Assembly: GCA_964270895.1 (NCBI GenBank)
Contig: OZ185441.1
Reading direction: 5' to 3' (one strand)
DNA from: Podarcis filfolensis
Lineage: Eukaryota
DNA: 64,000 nucleotides
Shown: in pieces, positions 1-12,780 of the stretch
Position numbering within the stretch: the first letter of the stretch is position 1
Layout: every line of letters starts with the position of its first letter
The notes under the pieces: generated by a model
The model's database searches: none
Told to the model about the DNA's origin: nothing
Seen by the model: only the letters and a program-made list of their open reading frames with translations
Program-made: the position numbers and the translations under genes

Positions 1-825
1 CTATCTCTCCCAAGCAGCAAAACCAAAGGCAAACAATGTCGCTCAGAATCAGAAGAGGTAAGCCCAATGCCACCAAAGGCTTTTCTATGGCAGGCAGGCC
101 GTGCAGCAAGTTACCGTTGCTACCACAATATCCACCTTCTGTATAACATTTTAAAAAAATAAATAAATAAAAGTGTTTAGGGGTTATATGCACGTACATA
201 GGGATTTGTATGTCTTTACTGCAAAGGGCAAATGGAAAGATGATCTGAATTAATTTAAGGGAGAATGATGCAATTAATATTCAATAAAGTAAACACATAA
301 ATAAATGAGAAGGATCTCAGAGATTCTTGGTGGCAAGTTTCAGGCTCACTATTTGCTCAAACATCTTTGAAGTGAGATATCTCTAGTGCTGTGGAATGTT
401 TGAGAAACTCTGTGTCATCTTAGCAGAAACAGCTGAAAAATGGGTCATGTAGCATAAGAGCATCCAAGCAAGTTACTCAGCTGGAAAATGGAAAGAATGG
501 GAACAATTAAGGCCCTAAAGGCAGGCATAGGCATGGTGTTGGGTAACTGTCTCATGGACATTGCAATAAATTAGGGGCTAATATTAATTCATCTTTTATG
601 TCTTGAGAGAGATCTAATAACCCCCGTTTTACTTGGGTATAAGCCCTGTTGAATTCAGTACAGCTTACTAGATATGATTAGCATGGCACTGTAAAGTATG
701 TGCTTTGAAGAGCCATTCCATTTTTTAGGCTATGAGATTAACCCCACCCAATGGACCAGAATGTGGTCTAAACCTCCCTATAATCCATATCAGTGAAAAT
801 AAAAGAACGCACTCTTAAACTCACT

Positions 826-1065
826 TACAGGTGGTACCTAACACCATGGAAACTAACGCTAATTCGCCTAGGAACCTGACCAAAATGTTGGAGAAGATGC
901 ACCTCCACAGGCACATACCTCCACATGTGGTGGGAATGTCCTAAAATCCAACACATCTGGACATCAATCATACAAAAAATATGCAAAAGAACTAAGCAAG
1001 TATTAGAAGTCATCCTAGAACTGGCCCTACTAAACATCTTCAAAGATAATCTATGGTGCTTTTAA
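826..1065 (+). mobile_element. Degenerate L1-clade LINE ORF2 C-terminal fragment
   Basis: Plus strand reads roughly RWYLTPWKL...KCWRRCTSTGTYLHMWWECPKIQHIW, the L1 C-terminal Cys/His motif; ends approximate. Confidence 0.75.
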
Positions 1066-4044
1066 ATCATAATTTATTTTCCTTTGTAATTGGCCAATGA
1101 CTCTCCAAGTCTGGTGGTCAGGCTCACTGGAGGTTTTTAAGAAAGAGGTTGGATGGCCATCTGTCGTGATTCTTTAGCTGTGATTCCTGCATTGCAGGGG
1201 GTTGGAATAGACAACACTTGTGATCCCTCTCAACTCTACAATTCTATGATTCATTGTGCCAGCACTGGTTCACATGACACAGTAAACCAAACTATGGCAT
1301 ACTGGGACTGCACAAATCTGCCGACTTCTGGGGAGGTCTTAACTGACTGTCTCCTCCCTGGTCCTTTTTAGTACCATATTGAGCTCAGCAAAGGTTTGGA
1401 TTAGTGTGTCATCCAAACTTGGACTCATAGTTAAGTTCTCTCACCACCAACCATGAACAGTAGCAAAGAACAAACCTTGGCTACGGCTTGTGTTTAGTGA
1501 GGACAGACCTTAACCACAAATCCCAGTTTGGATGGCATGCTAAGCCAAACCTTATCTCAGCATGGCAGCAAAGGGACTGGGAGGAGCAAAGCAGCTATGA
1601 ATTCCTCTCCACTTGCTGTGCAAACCAAGCCAATGTGAAATCATGGGGAAAATCTTAGCTGCAGCAGAACCTCCCATCAATATATAAAAAAAGGGTAACA
1701 GGCTTATGCTTTCAAGAAATATACGGAAAGGTACATTGACTTTGCTAAATGCATTGGCACACATGTGGAGGTTTATCTGACCTGGAGATATTTAAATTGT
1801 CTTCTAAAGAATGACAGCAGGTGGAGAAGTACAGAAGTGTTCACCATGTTTTGCTATAGAAATCAAACAGCGCCTCTTTCAATAGATGCTCTTTCTCTCC
1901 AGTGACTTCACTCTGCCAGAATGCTATGGTGATAAAGGCAATACAAACAAAACAACCTTGGAGCAGTTTACCACCTGCAGCTTATTGAGGGCCTGCCCCA
2001 AATCATTTGGCTTGTGTAGGTGTTTTCACTTCTGATCTTACAATTACTCTGTTTGAAACCAGAAGTGAGTGGACGCTGCTGACAGGCAAAGCAATTCAGA
2101 GTAGGCAAGAAACCTGTCCTACCCAGCTAGGTAAGGGGATTGTTTTTGTCAGCTACTTTGAGTATCTCTAGCTGTCATACATACAGACTTAAAGGGGGGA
2201 TGGGGACGTGTGAAATCACCAGCTGTTCAAAAGGAAGGAGAACCAAGTTGTTTGTATAAACTGAATTCTTATTGATTATGCATACATGATTAATCAGGAT
2301 AAAGATGCACAGAGATCCTTGGTAAGAATAAAATAAGGTATGTAAGAACCCAGTAACTAAAGGCATATGCTCCTTTCTGCTTCATTGCAAACAGATACAC
2401 CTGTTGTGGTAGGGTAGCAGTAAGTGACTCAGTTTCACCACCTGTTGAGAGATGTTAATGTGCTGTTTTAAAGATTTGGTGCACTGGAGAGTTCTATTCA
2501 GCCTCCACTTTTTATTATGTCATGAAACTGTTGTTGTATCCACAGTTATGCTTGCCCATCATCAACAGCCATTCCAGTTGCCTCCAAGCTCCATCAGCTC
2601 AAGACCAGCTAACTTTCAAATTAGAAAGCATCATACAATGAAAAAGAAATTGGATGGATTCTTGGATTCTCTGGTATCTACTGCCATGCTGAATGTACTA
2701 TCCACTAGGGAATGAATCAATACTCCTGTGCAAATCTACCACACCAAAGATGTCATACCAAACAATGAAATATTTCAGAGCAGCCGATGAGACCTTCACT
2801 AAATTTGCTTCTAATGACCCATCACTATCTCAGGCTCCAAAATGTATGACCTTTCAGCAAGTTGTACACACGCACACAGGCCTCTGAGCCCCAATGTGGC
2901 ATTCTGGAAAAATTAAGATGGCATTGGCTGCGCTTTTCTTACAAGTCGCAGGCAACCCACTGCCATTATTTATTTAGTTGCTCAAAATATTTTTTACCCA
3001 AAGGTTCCAACAACAGAATGCACAATTATGAAAACAGATAAAACCATTGCAATTATAAAACAAGCAAAACTGTTCCAAATGTTCTAAACAGAATAAAATA
3101 TAAATTCAGCAAGAGAGATGGGTCCTACAAAACATGTACCCCACCCATCCTACCTCCCTACCATGCTGTTATCAGGATATCATGGGTGGTGGGCCCAGAG
3201 GGTCTCTTACATTTAGGTAGCAAAATCCTGGTGTTCCAGGTACACTGTAAAATAGGTCAATTTTATTAGCTCCCTAATATAGACTGGAAACTGAAAGCTG
3301 AGGAAAGCTTTGTGGCCAAGCTGAGATTTCAACTGGGAACTGCAGCTTGTAGCACATGAGCTAAACCACCAAAAGGTTCATTGAACTTCGTGCAGATCCT
3401 AACATTATACAACACAAGAAAAGCTGGGACAGGATAGCATAAACAATGATAGACAGATAAATCATTCTCTGTTGCTTTCACAGTTTTATCCAGCTGAAAA
3501 TGGCTGTCAGGCGGTTGCAATACTCTTTGCTTCTGGAGATGTGGAGACCTGATCTACAACTGCTTAAGCCAGCCAAGCCGCACTGAAGTTGATTTTTACT
3601 TGCATATTAAAAATTACATCAGTAGGAGTTGCAAATGTTTATGCACATGTGTAAGGGCAACCACTTTAGTGACATGCAACCTGCAACTATAGATTTAGTG
3701 TTATAGTTTTCTATAGCTTTTCTATGCATATTTGGTAGGGTGTAAATCCCTAACTCTACTTGTGAGTAAGCGTGCATCAGACTAGGGCTGCAGGACTAGC
3801 TTAAAGCCTACTGCCCTCTTTTGCAGTAAGCTTTCTCTGTAACTAATATGAATCTCATTCATTATATCACACCCACAATGCCTTTTTATTTAAGAGGAGA
3901 AAGGCATCCCTTTGTGGTGTGTTTTCATCCCTGCAGCTTCCTGACTCTTCAAGAACGCTTGATCCTTTAAGAAATATAATGTGGACACCCTATCTTCAAC
4001 ATGTGACGGCAAAAGCAGCAGCAGCTTTGTTAGAGATCATTTAC

Positions 4045-4114
4045 CTTCACAGAAGATATCATCTGCTTCATCAGAGACAGCCAGATCCTCCTCTTCCACG
4101 TGCATCTTGGGCAT
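4045..4114 (-). CDS. RIPOR2: RIPOR2 (FAM65B) long-isoform first coding exon
   Basis: ATG at 4114 gives MPKMHVEEEDLAVSDEADDIFCE plus G, then a GTAAAT donor (70 nt, phase 1). Resembles the recalled human N-terminus MQFFDAEELLVDEEDDVFGEG; lies downstream of CMAH on the same strand, as in mammals. Confidence 0.8.
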
Positions 4115-4531
4115 GAGCTTGCCAAACAACTACTGAATTGAATGATAAAGCTGCTTTTAGTACCACAGCAGGGCTGTTTCCGTTCACCGGTGACAGCGGC
4201 TTCCGCATCTGCACAACTCAAAACAGCCTCATTTACATGAACATGATAGCCTGTCTTGTTTCTCTCCCTGCCCCACCTTGGGTGTTGCTTTTGGAGATCT
4301 GAAGCAGGGTATTTCTTAATGGGTGCAGGAAGTTGAAAAAAGAGAGGCAAAGTGTAAGAAAACACATGGTGAATTCACTTCACCACATCAGTCTACTCTT
4401 AAAAGGGCTCTGAAGAAAAGAGTTGACTTACGTGCATTGTTTAAAGGAAGGAAGTGTGGCTAGGTTAATTCTGTAAAGTTCTGTAATGTTAAGAAGCTTG
4501 CACATACAAAGAGAAAATGATCAAGTGTATT

Positions 4532-4883
4532 CAGCAGCGGAGCAAGCAGATCCGGCGCCTGGGGTGGTGCGCGTGCCCTGCTCCCAGGGGTGGGGCCAGC
4601 CACCTGTGGGGTGGGGCAAGCTGGGGCAGGATGCTTTGTGGGGCCTCCGAGGAGTCTGCCTGCCTCCTTCCACTCAGCTACCCTAAGCTGGGGGGGGGAG
4701 GCAATGGGCGGACTGTTTGTGGCAGCGCGGAGCCTGCGGGCGCCCAAGCCACCACATCACTCCCAGGCATGGCTCAGGCGCACTGCAGGCCCCGAGGTGA
4801 GTAGTGCCTGGCATTTTGTCACTCCCCTCAGTGGCGACACCTGGGGCGGCTGCCCCCACCACACCCCCTTCATCCAGCCCCTG
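4532..4883. mobile_element. GC-rich non-autonomous hAT-like element
   Basis: Exact 8-bp TSD AGTGTATT (4524-4531, 4884-4891); imperfect CAG...CTG termini. Confidence 0.75.
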
Positions 4884-5361
4884 AGTGTATTACCTTATGT
4901 AAGGCCATTTCCATGCTATGGATTTCCCACATGGAAGGCATCCCATTGTATGAAATGGCATGCAATGTGTACCTGCCCTTTTTGTGGCATGTAATTATGC
5001 TGGGAAACTACATGGACTTTTCATGGACTTGCCATGAAAAAAACTAAGCATGCCATTGTCAAGTGACAATCTACATTTGACTTGCAACTTATTTACTACA
5101 TTGTTACAGAGCCCAGTTCTTATCAAAGAAAATAAACATGCAAGCTCCAGCAAACAGAATATTATTTAGCATAATTGTCTGCTCTATTAAGCAGGTTCTT
5201 TTGCAAGAACTACCTTGCAGAGTAAATCCAAATTCCAGCTTCTCCAACTAGATGCCTCTTGTTTTTCCAGAATAACCCGGAGCAAAATGTAAGCTACACC
5301 TCTGAGAGTCACAGTTACTTTCCATTTAGCTATCATAATCTGTTGCAATTTATTGCCTAGA

Positions 5362-5500
5362 GGCTGGATAGCAAAGTTGGCTGCAGCACGGTGCTGACAA
5401 TGTCAAGGTTGCAGGTTTGATCCCTGTATGGGACAGCTGCATGGCCTAGACAATCTTCAGGGTCCCTTCCAACTCTACAGTTCTATATTGTATTATGATT
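5362..5500 (+). mobile_element. tRNA-head SINE with CR1-like 3' tail
   Basis: A/B-box-like head and tail cccttccaactctacagttcta; similar to the copy at 63392-63541. Confidence 0.7.
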
Positions 5501-8500
5501 TTTGTAAATTGCCCTGGAAGCGCTGCTGAACTACAACCCTACTTCTGTTTCACCTACCAATTGTAAATCATGGTCTGTCCATCTAGACATTACACTAAAG
5601 CACAGTTTAGCTTCTATAACCTTGGTTTAGTGTATTATCTGAATTGGGTCTGCAAGTCATAGCTGTGGCAAAATTTGAATCAAGGTTTTCCAGTACACTG
5701 TCCACTGGCCTTAACTTATGCCTTTGCATTTCTGATTAATGCTACAGAAACTGTACTTTAAAATTGCCATGGTGACACAGAAGAGCAATGAAAGCATATT
5801 CCTTCTTTGTTCAGCACTGTGCAATGCACAGACAGTGCACATCATTTACAAATGTAGTATAAGAGATATATTGCGCTTAGCCATATAACACTGTTTCTGA
5901 AGCATTAAAGAATGGCTCAACAGTGTTCTTGTTGGCTCTTTCCTTCTTATGCCACTCAGTTTTTTCCTTGGATTTAAATTTGTTTCCTTGCACACTGCTT
6001 TCAAAGCACTACATCCGGATGCCTTGACAGTCCTTGTTTCTTTTATTTTCAGGAATTAAAAAGCATCAAGAGGCTGTTTTCTTTCGAGAAAACAACTGTC
6101 ACCTAAATGAGCACACAAACTAGCCTGGTGATGAATAATAATGATTCAACCTTCACTTCAAAGGCCCCTAAGAGAAGTTTCTCTGATTGCCACCCTTTCA
6201 CCACTTAAATGGCATCCTACGAAGTATATTCCAAAAATACACGGGGAGGATGCGGGATGTCTTTATTTGAGATGAAACATGGTTTCCCATTTGAAAATTA
6301 TAAATAGATTGGTTAATGCTGGCCCCTTTTTTATCCTTGGTCTGCTCATTTCATTAGTGACTAATTTGAATCCTAGCAACTTTCTCTTTTGTCTGCAGCA
6401 ACAAGTACTATGAGGTTGTAAACTCAAAGTAAGGGGGGGCGGTCCCAGATACAAGGCTCTTAGTGCTCTCTGACAGTGGCTTTTCCTCTTTTTTCTTGCA
6501 TCAGGAATGGCAGCAGAACATTTTCACTTAGGTGTGTTTATGTATTCTGTTATAGCCTACCCATGCAACAGGCATGGGTCTCTTCTCCTTTCTCCCAACC
6601 TCTTGCAGGTGCTTAACCATTGCTACAAGGTGAGCCAGCAAAGGGGCTTACGCTCAGTGACTTTTCCTCTGGTTGCATGTTGTTCACGCTGCCCTAGGAA
6701 AGTTCAGTCCCCTCCTCTTGCAGCCTGATTAATTGAACACACACACAATGGGAAACGATATGTCTCTAATTACAGGGGGAGGGGCAATTATATTAGCAGA
6801 AGTAAAAAAGAGGAAGTAATTAATCAGGCAGAAACCAGGGGGAGGAACCTTTTAAAAAGAAGAGAAAACAGTGAAAAGAAACTCCCAAACCTGTGGAGTA
6901 TTTTCTAATGTTTCATACTTTTTTTAAAAAAAGAAAGAGAAGTTGAGTTTTCTGTAGCAGAGGAAAAATATAGAACCATCACTGGGAAAACAAAGCCTGA
7001 TTATATAAAGATGGTGGTTTCTTAGGTGAAAAGTACTTGGGGAAAGTGATGGGAAGACGCCCCCTTGGCTCCTGTATCCTGTGCAAGGCAACCAGTCGTG
7101 CTGCCCTAAATCTACCTCTGACAGTACCCTAAACAAAAAGAAGTCATCATAAGGCTCTTAAGAACTAGGTTGCACATTAGATTTACTAACAGTCATAAGA
7201 GCAACCCTGTTCTTCATGGATGCTCTTCAACCTATAAGCTGAGAAAGCTGGAGGAGAATCACAATCACATGTGCAAAGAAAGAAGAGCTGCTGGCATGCA
7301 CACACACCCCCAGCACCTGTTCTTTAGCTCCTCTTATTTATTTTTAATTGCTATTTCGCCCCCTAAAAGTTGGAAAGGGAAAGTCAAGGAAATTGGCCTC
7401 TAAAGGGAAAGAGGGGGGAGGTGAAGAATGGATGGAGAAAGATCAGTGGGTCTTCCTTCCTTATGTATGTGGACATGGTCCCTTCTGGCTTTCTCTGCCT
7501 CTAGGGAAAATAGCTTCCAGAACAGGCAGAATGACATCATCACTTCATTCCTAACAGTCAGAAAATTCCCAAGACTCACGTCAATTTGCTTGGGTAGCTG
7601 GAACAAAATTTTCTATCTCAATGCACTCTGCATGTACACGCATTGTATACATTTAGAGAAATCTAAGGACAAATGCAATTATATTCCCAATGGCACATGA
7701 CATAAATAAGCACGGTGCCTCGGGGGGGGGGGGGAACTGATTGGTCATTAAAAAAAATATATGCTTAGATGCTTCAAAATATGCTTCCATTTAAACGTTT
7801 TAAGACAACATCACTCCATTTTATACATATTCTGAATATTTTGCCCCAGTGTCTCCAGGACCTATACTTTGTTACTATGTATTATTTCTTTAGAAAATGT
7901 ATAGTTGCTATGTATTATTTATTTTTAAAATGTTTACTCAGCTTTTCCATTTGCAAGGGTTCTATGGGGGGGGGGAGAGAATGATTAAAAACATCAAAGC
8001 AATAATAAAATATGACAGTTGCTGTATCTAAAGTTTATTCTCAAATCACAAAAAAACAGATGCAGCTCAGGTAAACTCCCAGCCTGTAAAAAAAGGGACA
8101 AACAATGCAATCCTATACTGTACACACATACTCAGAAGTAACTCCCCTTATTTTCAGTGTAGCTTACTCCTGGGTAAGAGGGTATACAATAGAAGTCTAA
8201 ATATTTATAAAAACAATTTTTTAAAGTTTCAAAAGCACACTTCTGAGAAGACCACATTCTTACCCAGATGGTAAGAAACGTTATAGATGTGAGACCACAA
8301 CTGAAAATTCTCTATCAGCCTTACAGACAATTCAACTTCTGTTAAAGAGACTTGTGACTGGGCCTCAATGGTTGGAGAGGTTCATATTGGGGCAACACAT
8401 ACACTGGAGCTGTAAACGACTTCAAAAGTAAGAACCAGCAACATGACAGTCTAGAAACCAATATAATTCTTACAGTATTCCAGTTATTCCCAGCAGCGAA

Positions 8501-10917
8501 TATCTGCCTCATGAGTTCTGCATCAACTGAAGCTTCTGAACTGGCTCCAAGGGCAGACACACATAAAGTTCAACGCAGTATTTCAGGGTCTCACATTTTC
8601 AGGAACGTGGAAAGCTGGGGCAAAAAGCTGACAGATCATGTCCCCAACCACTTCTTCCACCTAAAAATCTAGATGTTGACTTGGCTCAAGGAGATGAATC
8701 TCGCCCAGAACAGGTAATTGTCTAGTTTTAAGACTACCCACCATGAACTACTCCATTTTGTCTGGATTAAGTTTCAAAGCTGCTAATTCCAGCCCTCATG
8801 CTGTCATTCAAGGATGACACCACCACATCTGGTACAAAAGAAAAGTAGAAATAGAGATCCCACTCAAAAACTGCAAGTGACCTCTCATGGTGGCTTATAT
8901 AGATATGATGTCCCACAAGAAAGTTAATACAAGATCTTTACTACAAGTACCAATACATTCTGGAATCTTCAGGAAAGGTAGGAACCATAGAGCCACAGCA
9001 AAACACTGCCAACCAAGGATGTCATACGAGTAAGTATCAAAAGCTGGTAAGAAGTCCCAGATAGTCAACAGAATCACTCTTCCTATCTATTTCCTAGTGA
9101 AAATAAACAAGGACAACAGCTCAGTGGCAGAGAAGATTTGCTGTATGCAGAAGTTCCCAGGTCCAGCCCTCAGCATCTACAAGTAAGCTTGGTGTGCTAA
9201 CCCTCACTGCTGGACAAAAAACTAAAACTCCCAGCTTTGTTTTAACTCCCAAAGGCTTTAATGCATCAATCAGACTGGTACATGGGCAAAATATAAGACA
9301 AGGTGCAGGCAATACTCAAGAGGTTTAGACTCATGGCTGAGCACATGTTAAGACAACGATGCAACAAGTGATGTTCCCCTGCACCTTCCTTTCAAAAAGC
9401 AGAGTTAGCACAACACTTAGTGCAAGCAGGAGAAGTGAATGGGCACTCATTTGAGAGGGTTGGGTCTGCAAGGTTTGTCCACACCCATGTCTCCATGTCC
9501 TTGGAAATGGAGGAGGTATCAGTGCAGGCTCAACACCTGATTTCCAGTCACAGTCACCTCCTCAGAAGAAGGCTTCTCACTGACAAGAGGAGAGGTGGTC
9601 CTTGTAGTCTTTGCCCCATTCCCACATTTGTACTTGACTTCCAGGTAGTTCTTAGGCAAAATGTTATTTCCCTATACTTGCCAATACTTGCTACACCCAA
9701 TGTCAGCTTTGTACAGAAACTTCTGAACAATTTCAACAGCAAAGTTTCCTTCCTTTTTCTCAAACCACAAGATAAAGAGGGCACATGGGAACGGAACCCG
9801 CGGGGAGGAAAAGCTGACCACAAGCAATGCCCACCCAGCTCAACTTCCACTCTGATAATATGGCCACGGTGCATCACATAAGCAGGAAATAGCTAACATC
9901 CAAGGTCACAGCAGAGTTGCTAAAGCAGGATTGCTCCACTTTCAAGGGTATGAGTAGCAAAACCGCTTCTTAAATATATACTGCAAAATACTATTTTGAA
10001 ATATTGTGAAGTAAAGGGAAATTCAGAAATGGCATGGTCATCCCCACAAATGAAAGTTGAAAACAGGGAAGTGTTCATATTGTGGTTCTTTTCACACCTA
10101 GCCCTTCTTTACCTCAAAGAGGTGAGAGGTTTTACCTTTAACTAAGTACAATGATGCAGGAATGTGTTGGTTTGGTGCCCACAAAAGAGAAACTGGTACT
10201 GATTTATTGAAGGGAAATAAAGTTCATAGATTTCTGGACAATGAGCCCATTTCCCTTCACATTCTTTGATTTCCTTATTTGTAGTCTCCTCAACCTTGGC
10301 ACTTTCAGCTCCACACTCTAACCAACCAAGTTACTGACATTTCTACACCTTTAAGGATGGTAATTCAAAAAACAACAACAGGAACACAGCGTCAAACTGG
10401 AATTACACCTGTTTAGGTCCATCAGGTCTTTTCTACTGTTTCAATCTTAGCATTAGCCACAAAGCATTAGAAACAAATACTATAGCCTGTTCAAAGAATG
10501 GCTGGTCATGCAATCTTCCTTTGAACTTGACCATAAAAACTCTCAAAATGGCTCTCAAGCTGCGGTTGGGGATAGGTGCAAGCTTTGCAAAGAAGGCAGG
10601 GGTCACAATTGCGGAGACTCTGACAGAGATCATTTGCTACAGAAGGGAAGCACCCACTGTTCCTCATCTCTCTCCCCAAGTACTTATATGGTGGGCGCAA
10701 GTCCAGATAGACACTACAGGGCTTATCACCATTTATCTCCTGAATGCTCTTCCATTCAAACAAGTTGCCACTGCCTGGTTTCTGCCTCTGGCACTACTGC
10801 TACTATACTCCCTCAAGGCACAATGGAAGGAAGAAAAACTCTTGGGGACAGGGTTGTAGCCACCTGTGTTGGACATTGTTAGGAGTCATGGACAGCATCT
10901 CAAAATGGAACCTATGG

Positions 10918-11111
10918 GAAGAGCCATAGCTCAGTGACAGAGCATCTGTTTTGAACACAGAGAGTCCCAGATTCATTCCTGGGCATCTCCAGGTAGAGTT
11001 GGGAGAGTTCCCTGCCTGAAACCCTGGAGAGCCACTGCCAGTCAGTGTAGACAGTATTGAGCTAGACGGACCTATGATCTGATTCCATACAGGACAGCTT
11101 CCTATGTTCCC
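10918..11111 (+). mobile_element. tRNA-derived squamate SINE
   Basis: gagccatagctcagtgacagagcat head and cagcttcctatgttcc tail; related copies near 27650-27790 (-), 29608-29762 (-), 39660-39780 and 48415-48530. Confidence 0.7.
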
Positions 11112-12309
11112 AGCTCTATAAAGTCATTAACATTCTGTCTGTGGCGGCCATGTTTCAATGACGTGATACTACTGTCTCATCCATTAGGACAGCTGCAAAA
11201 GAACCTGCAGTGGCCCAGTCTTTTCCTGGCTTTGCATGACTGATATAATGCAGTAGCAGTAATAGTAACAACAGCAGCAATCCCAAACATACCAACAATT
11301 GCTTTCCCCTCCCCTAAACAATATTTACTTAAGTGCTATTATTTCATACTCTTGAAAATTCTCAACCCAGTTCCCTCCAAGGCCTATTAGCAAAGGGATT
11401 ATTCTCATATTACATGCCTATCAACAACATGTACAGTAAGAAAAATGTGAGCCAGAGATCTTACAGCCTGTTACTTCACAAATAATTAACAAGTTGTTAT
11501 AGCTGCAGCGCCACAGGATTTCTAAATTGACATGTAACCAGAGCCTGGCTACATTGCAAGGATTTCACAGTGACAGCTAAACTGATTGAGAACATTTTTT
11601 CTTAATCATCCTCTCCCCCCTCCCCCACTAAGAATCATGAATCCAACAGTTTGGGTAGCTGTCCAACATCAGCTGTCTGGTATAAGCTGTCAGTCTCATA
11701 ATTAGGGATGGAGGGGATATATACACATACCAAACAAAATTTGGATGACCAGTCTTGAAGGCAGCTTACAAGGGTTTTCACTGGATTTTGAAAATATTTG
11801 AAATAAATTAAATCTAGCATCAAATTGTTTTACTGTAATAACCCTAACTTTAAAAGGAAGCCTGAAGTAGCAGAAGTAGACACAATGTAAGAAATATGGG
11901 ACAGATACAGTATGAAAACAGTTGAACATTTTGTACCCAACACATGAAATACATAGCATTTTTAAACACTGGAAATGCAGATGTGATTGCAAAGAAGAAA
12001 TGAAGAAACAAAAAAGTTGAAGCAGACTTTATGAACAGGAAGTTACACTTTTCCATTTCAAAACAGCTGTCATGATGAGAGCTGAAATGAATTCAATGAA
12101 ATGTTTCACAACAGCATCTCACAACAGGAAAGAGATATTGGGGTTGAGCCAGATGCAGTCAATGAAAATGTCGGCTTGGACCAGCCAGTGAAAAATGCAA
12201 ACTCCAAAATGGGGGTTAGGTAAGAGTCAAAATGGAACGTTCAGCACGGCAATGCCCTCATCTATGGCGCAACCACATTTGAATTTTTGCATACCATTCT
12301 AGTTGCCCC

Positions 12310-12780
12310 ATCTCAAAAAAGATATTGTAGAGGCATATGGTACAGAAAAGGGCAAGTAAAATGATCAGGGAGTTGGAGCACCTTCCCTATTAGAAGAGAC
12401 TGCAGTTTATATCCCCAAAGAAGAACGTAATAGTGGTTTATAAAAGTGGGCATCATGTGTGGAAATGGCAGACAAAAGAAAATACATATAATCAACTTAG
12501 GGAAATGAGTTTACAATCCTAGACACACTTACCTGGAGAACGGCCCAATGGAACTTACTACTGAACAGACAAGCACAGGATTGTGCCATCTCTGCTGCAA
12601 TTTGTGGCAATGACCACTAGCTTAGATGGTTTTAAAGGGGATTAGACACATTCATAAAGAGCAAGTCTATCAACAGCTATTAATCATGAGCATTTTCCTG
12701 GAGGCAGCTGGCTGGTCACAGGTGTGGGAAACAGAATGCTAGACTCGTTGGATCTCTGGGACTCTTACGTTCTTATGCTC
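12310..12780 (+). mobile_element. Old CR1 LINE 3' fragment
   Basis: Degenerate RT C-terminus (cagaaaagggcaagtaaaatgatcagggagttggagcaccttccc) and CR1-type 3' UTR ending ttcttatg. Confidence 0.6.

Noticed and set aside
1-63. Plus-strand open stretch ending in GAG|GTAAGC
   Set aside because: No recognisable protein and no partner exons; antisense to the RIPOR2 intron; likely a chance donor.
4030-4365. 111-aa minus ORF from the track
   Set aside because: Wrong frame; the RIPOR2-like peptide is in another frame at 4045-4114.
8300-10930. Cluster of overlapping 60-150-aa ORFs, considered as an ERV or hidden gene
   Set aside because: No recognisable domain, no gag/pol/env motifs and no consistent splice structure.
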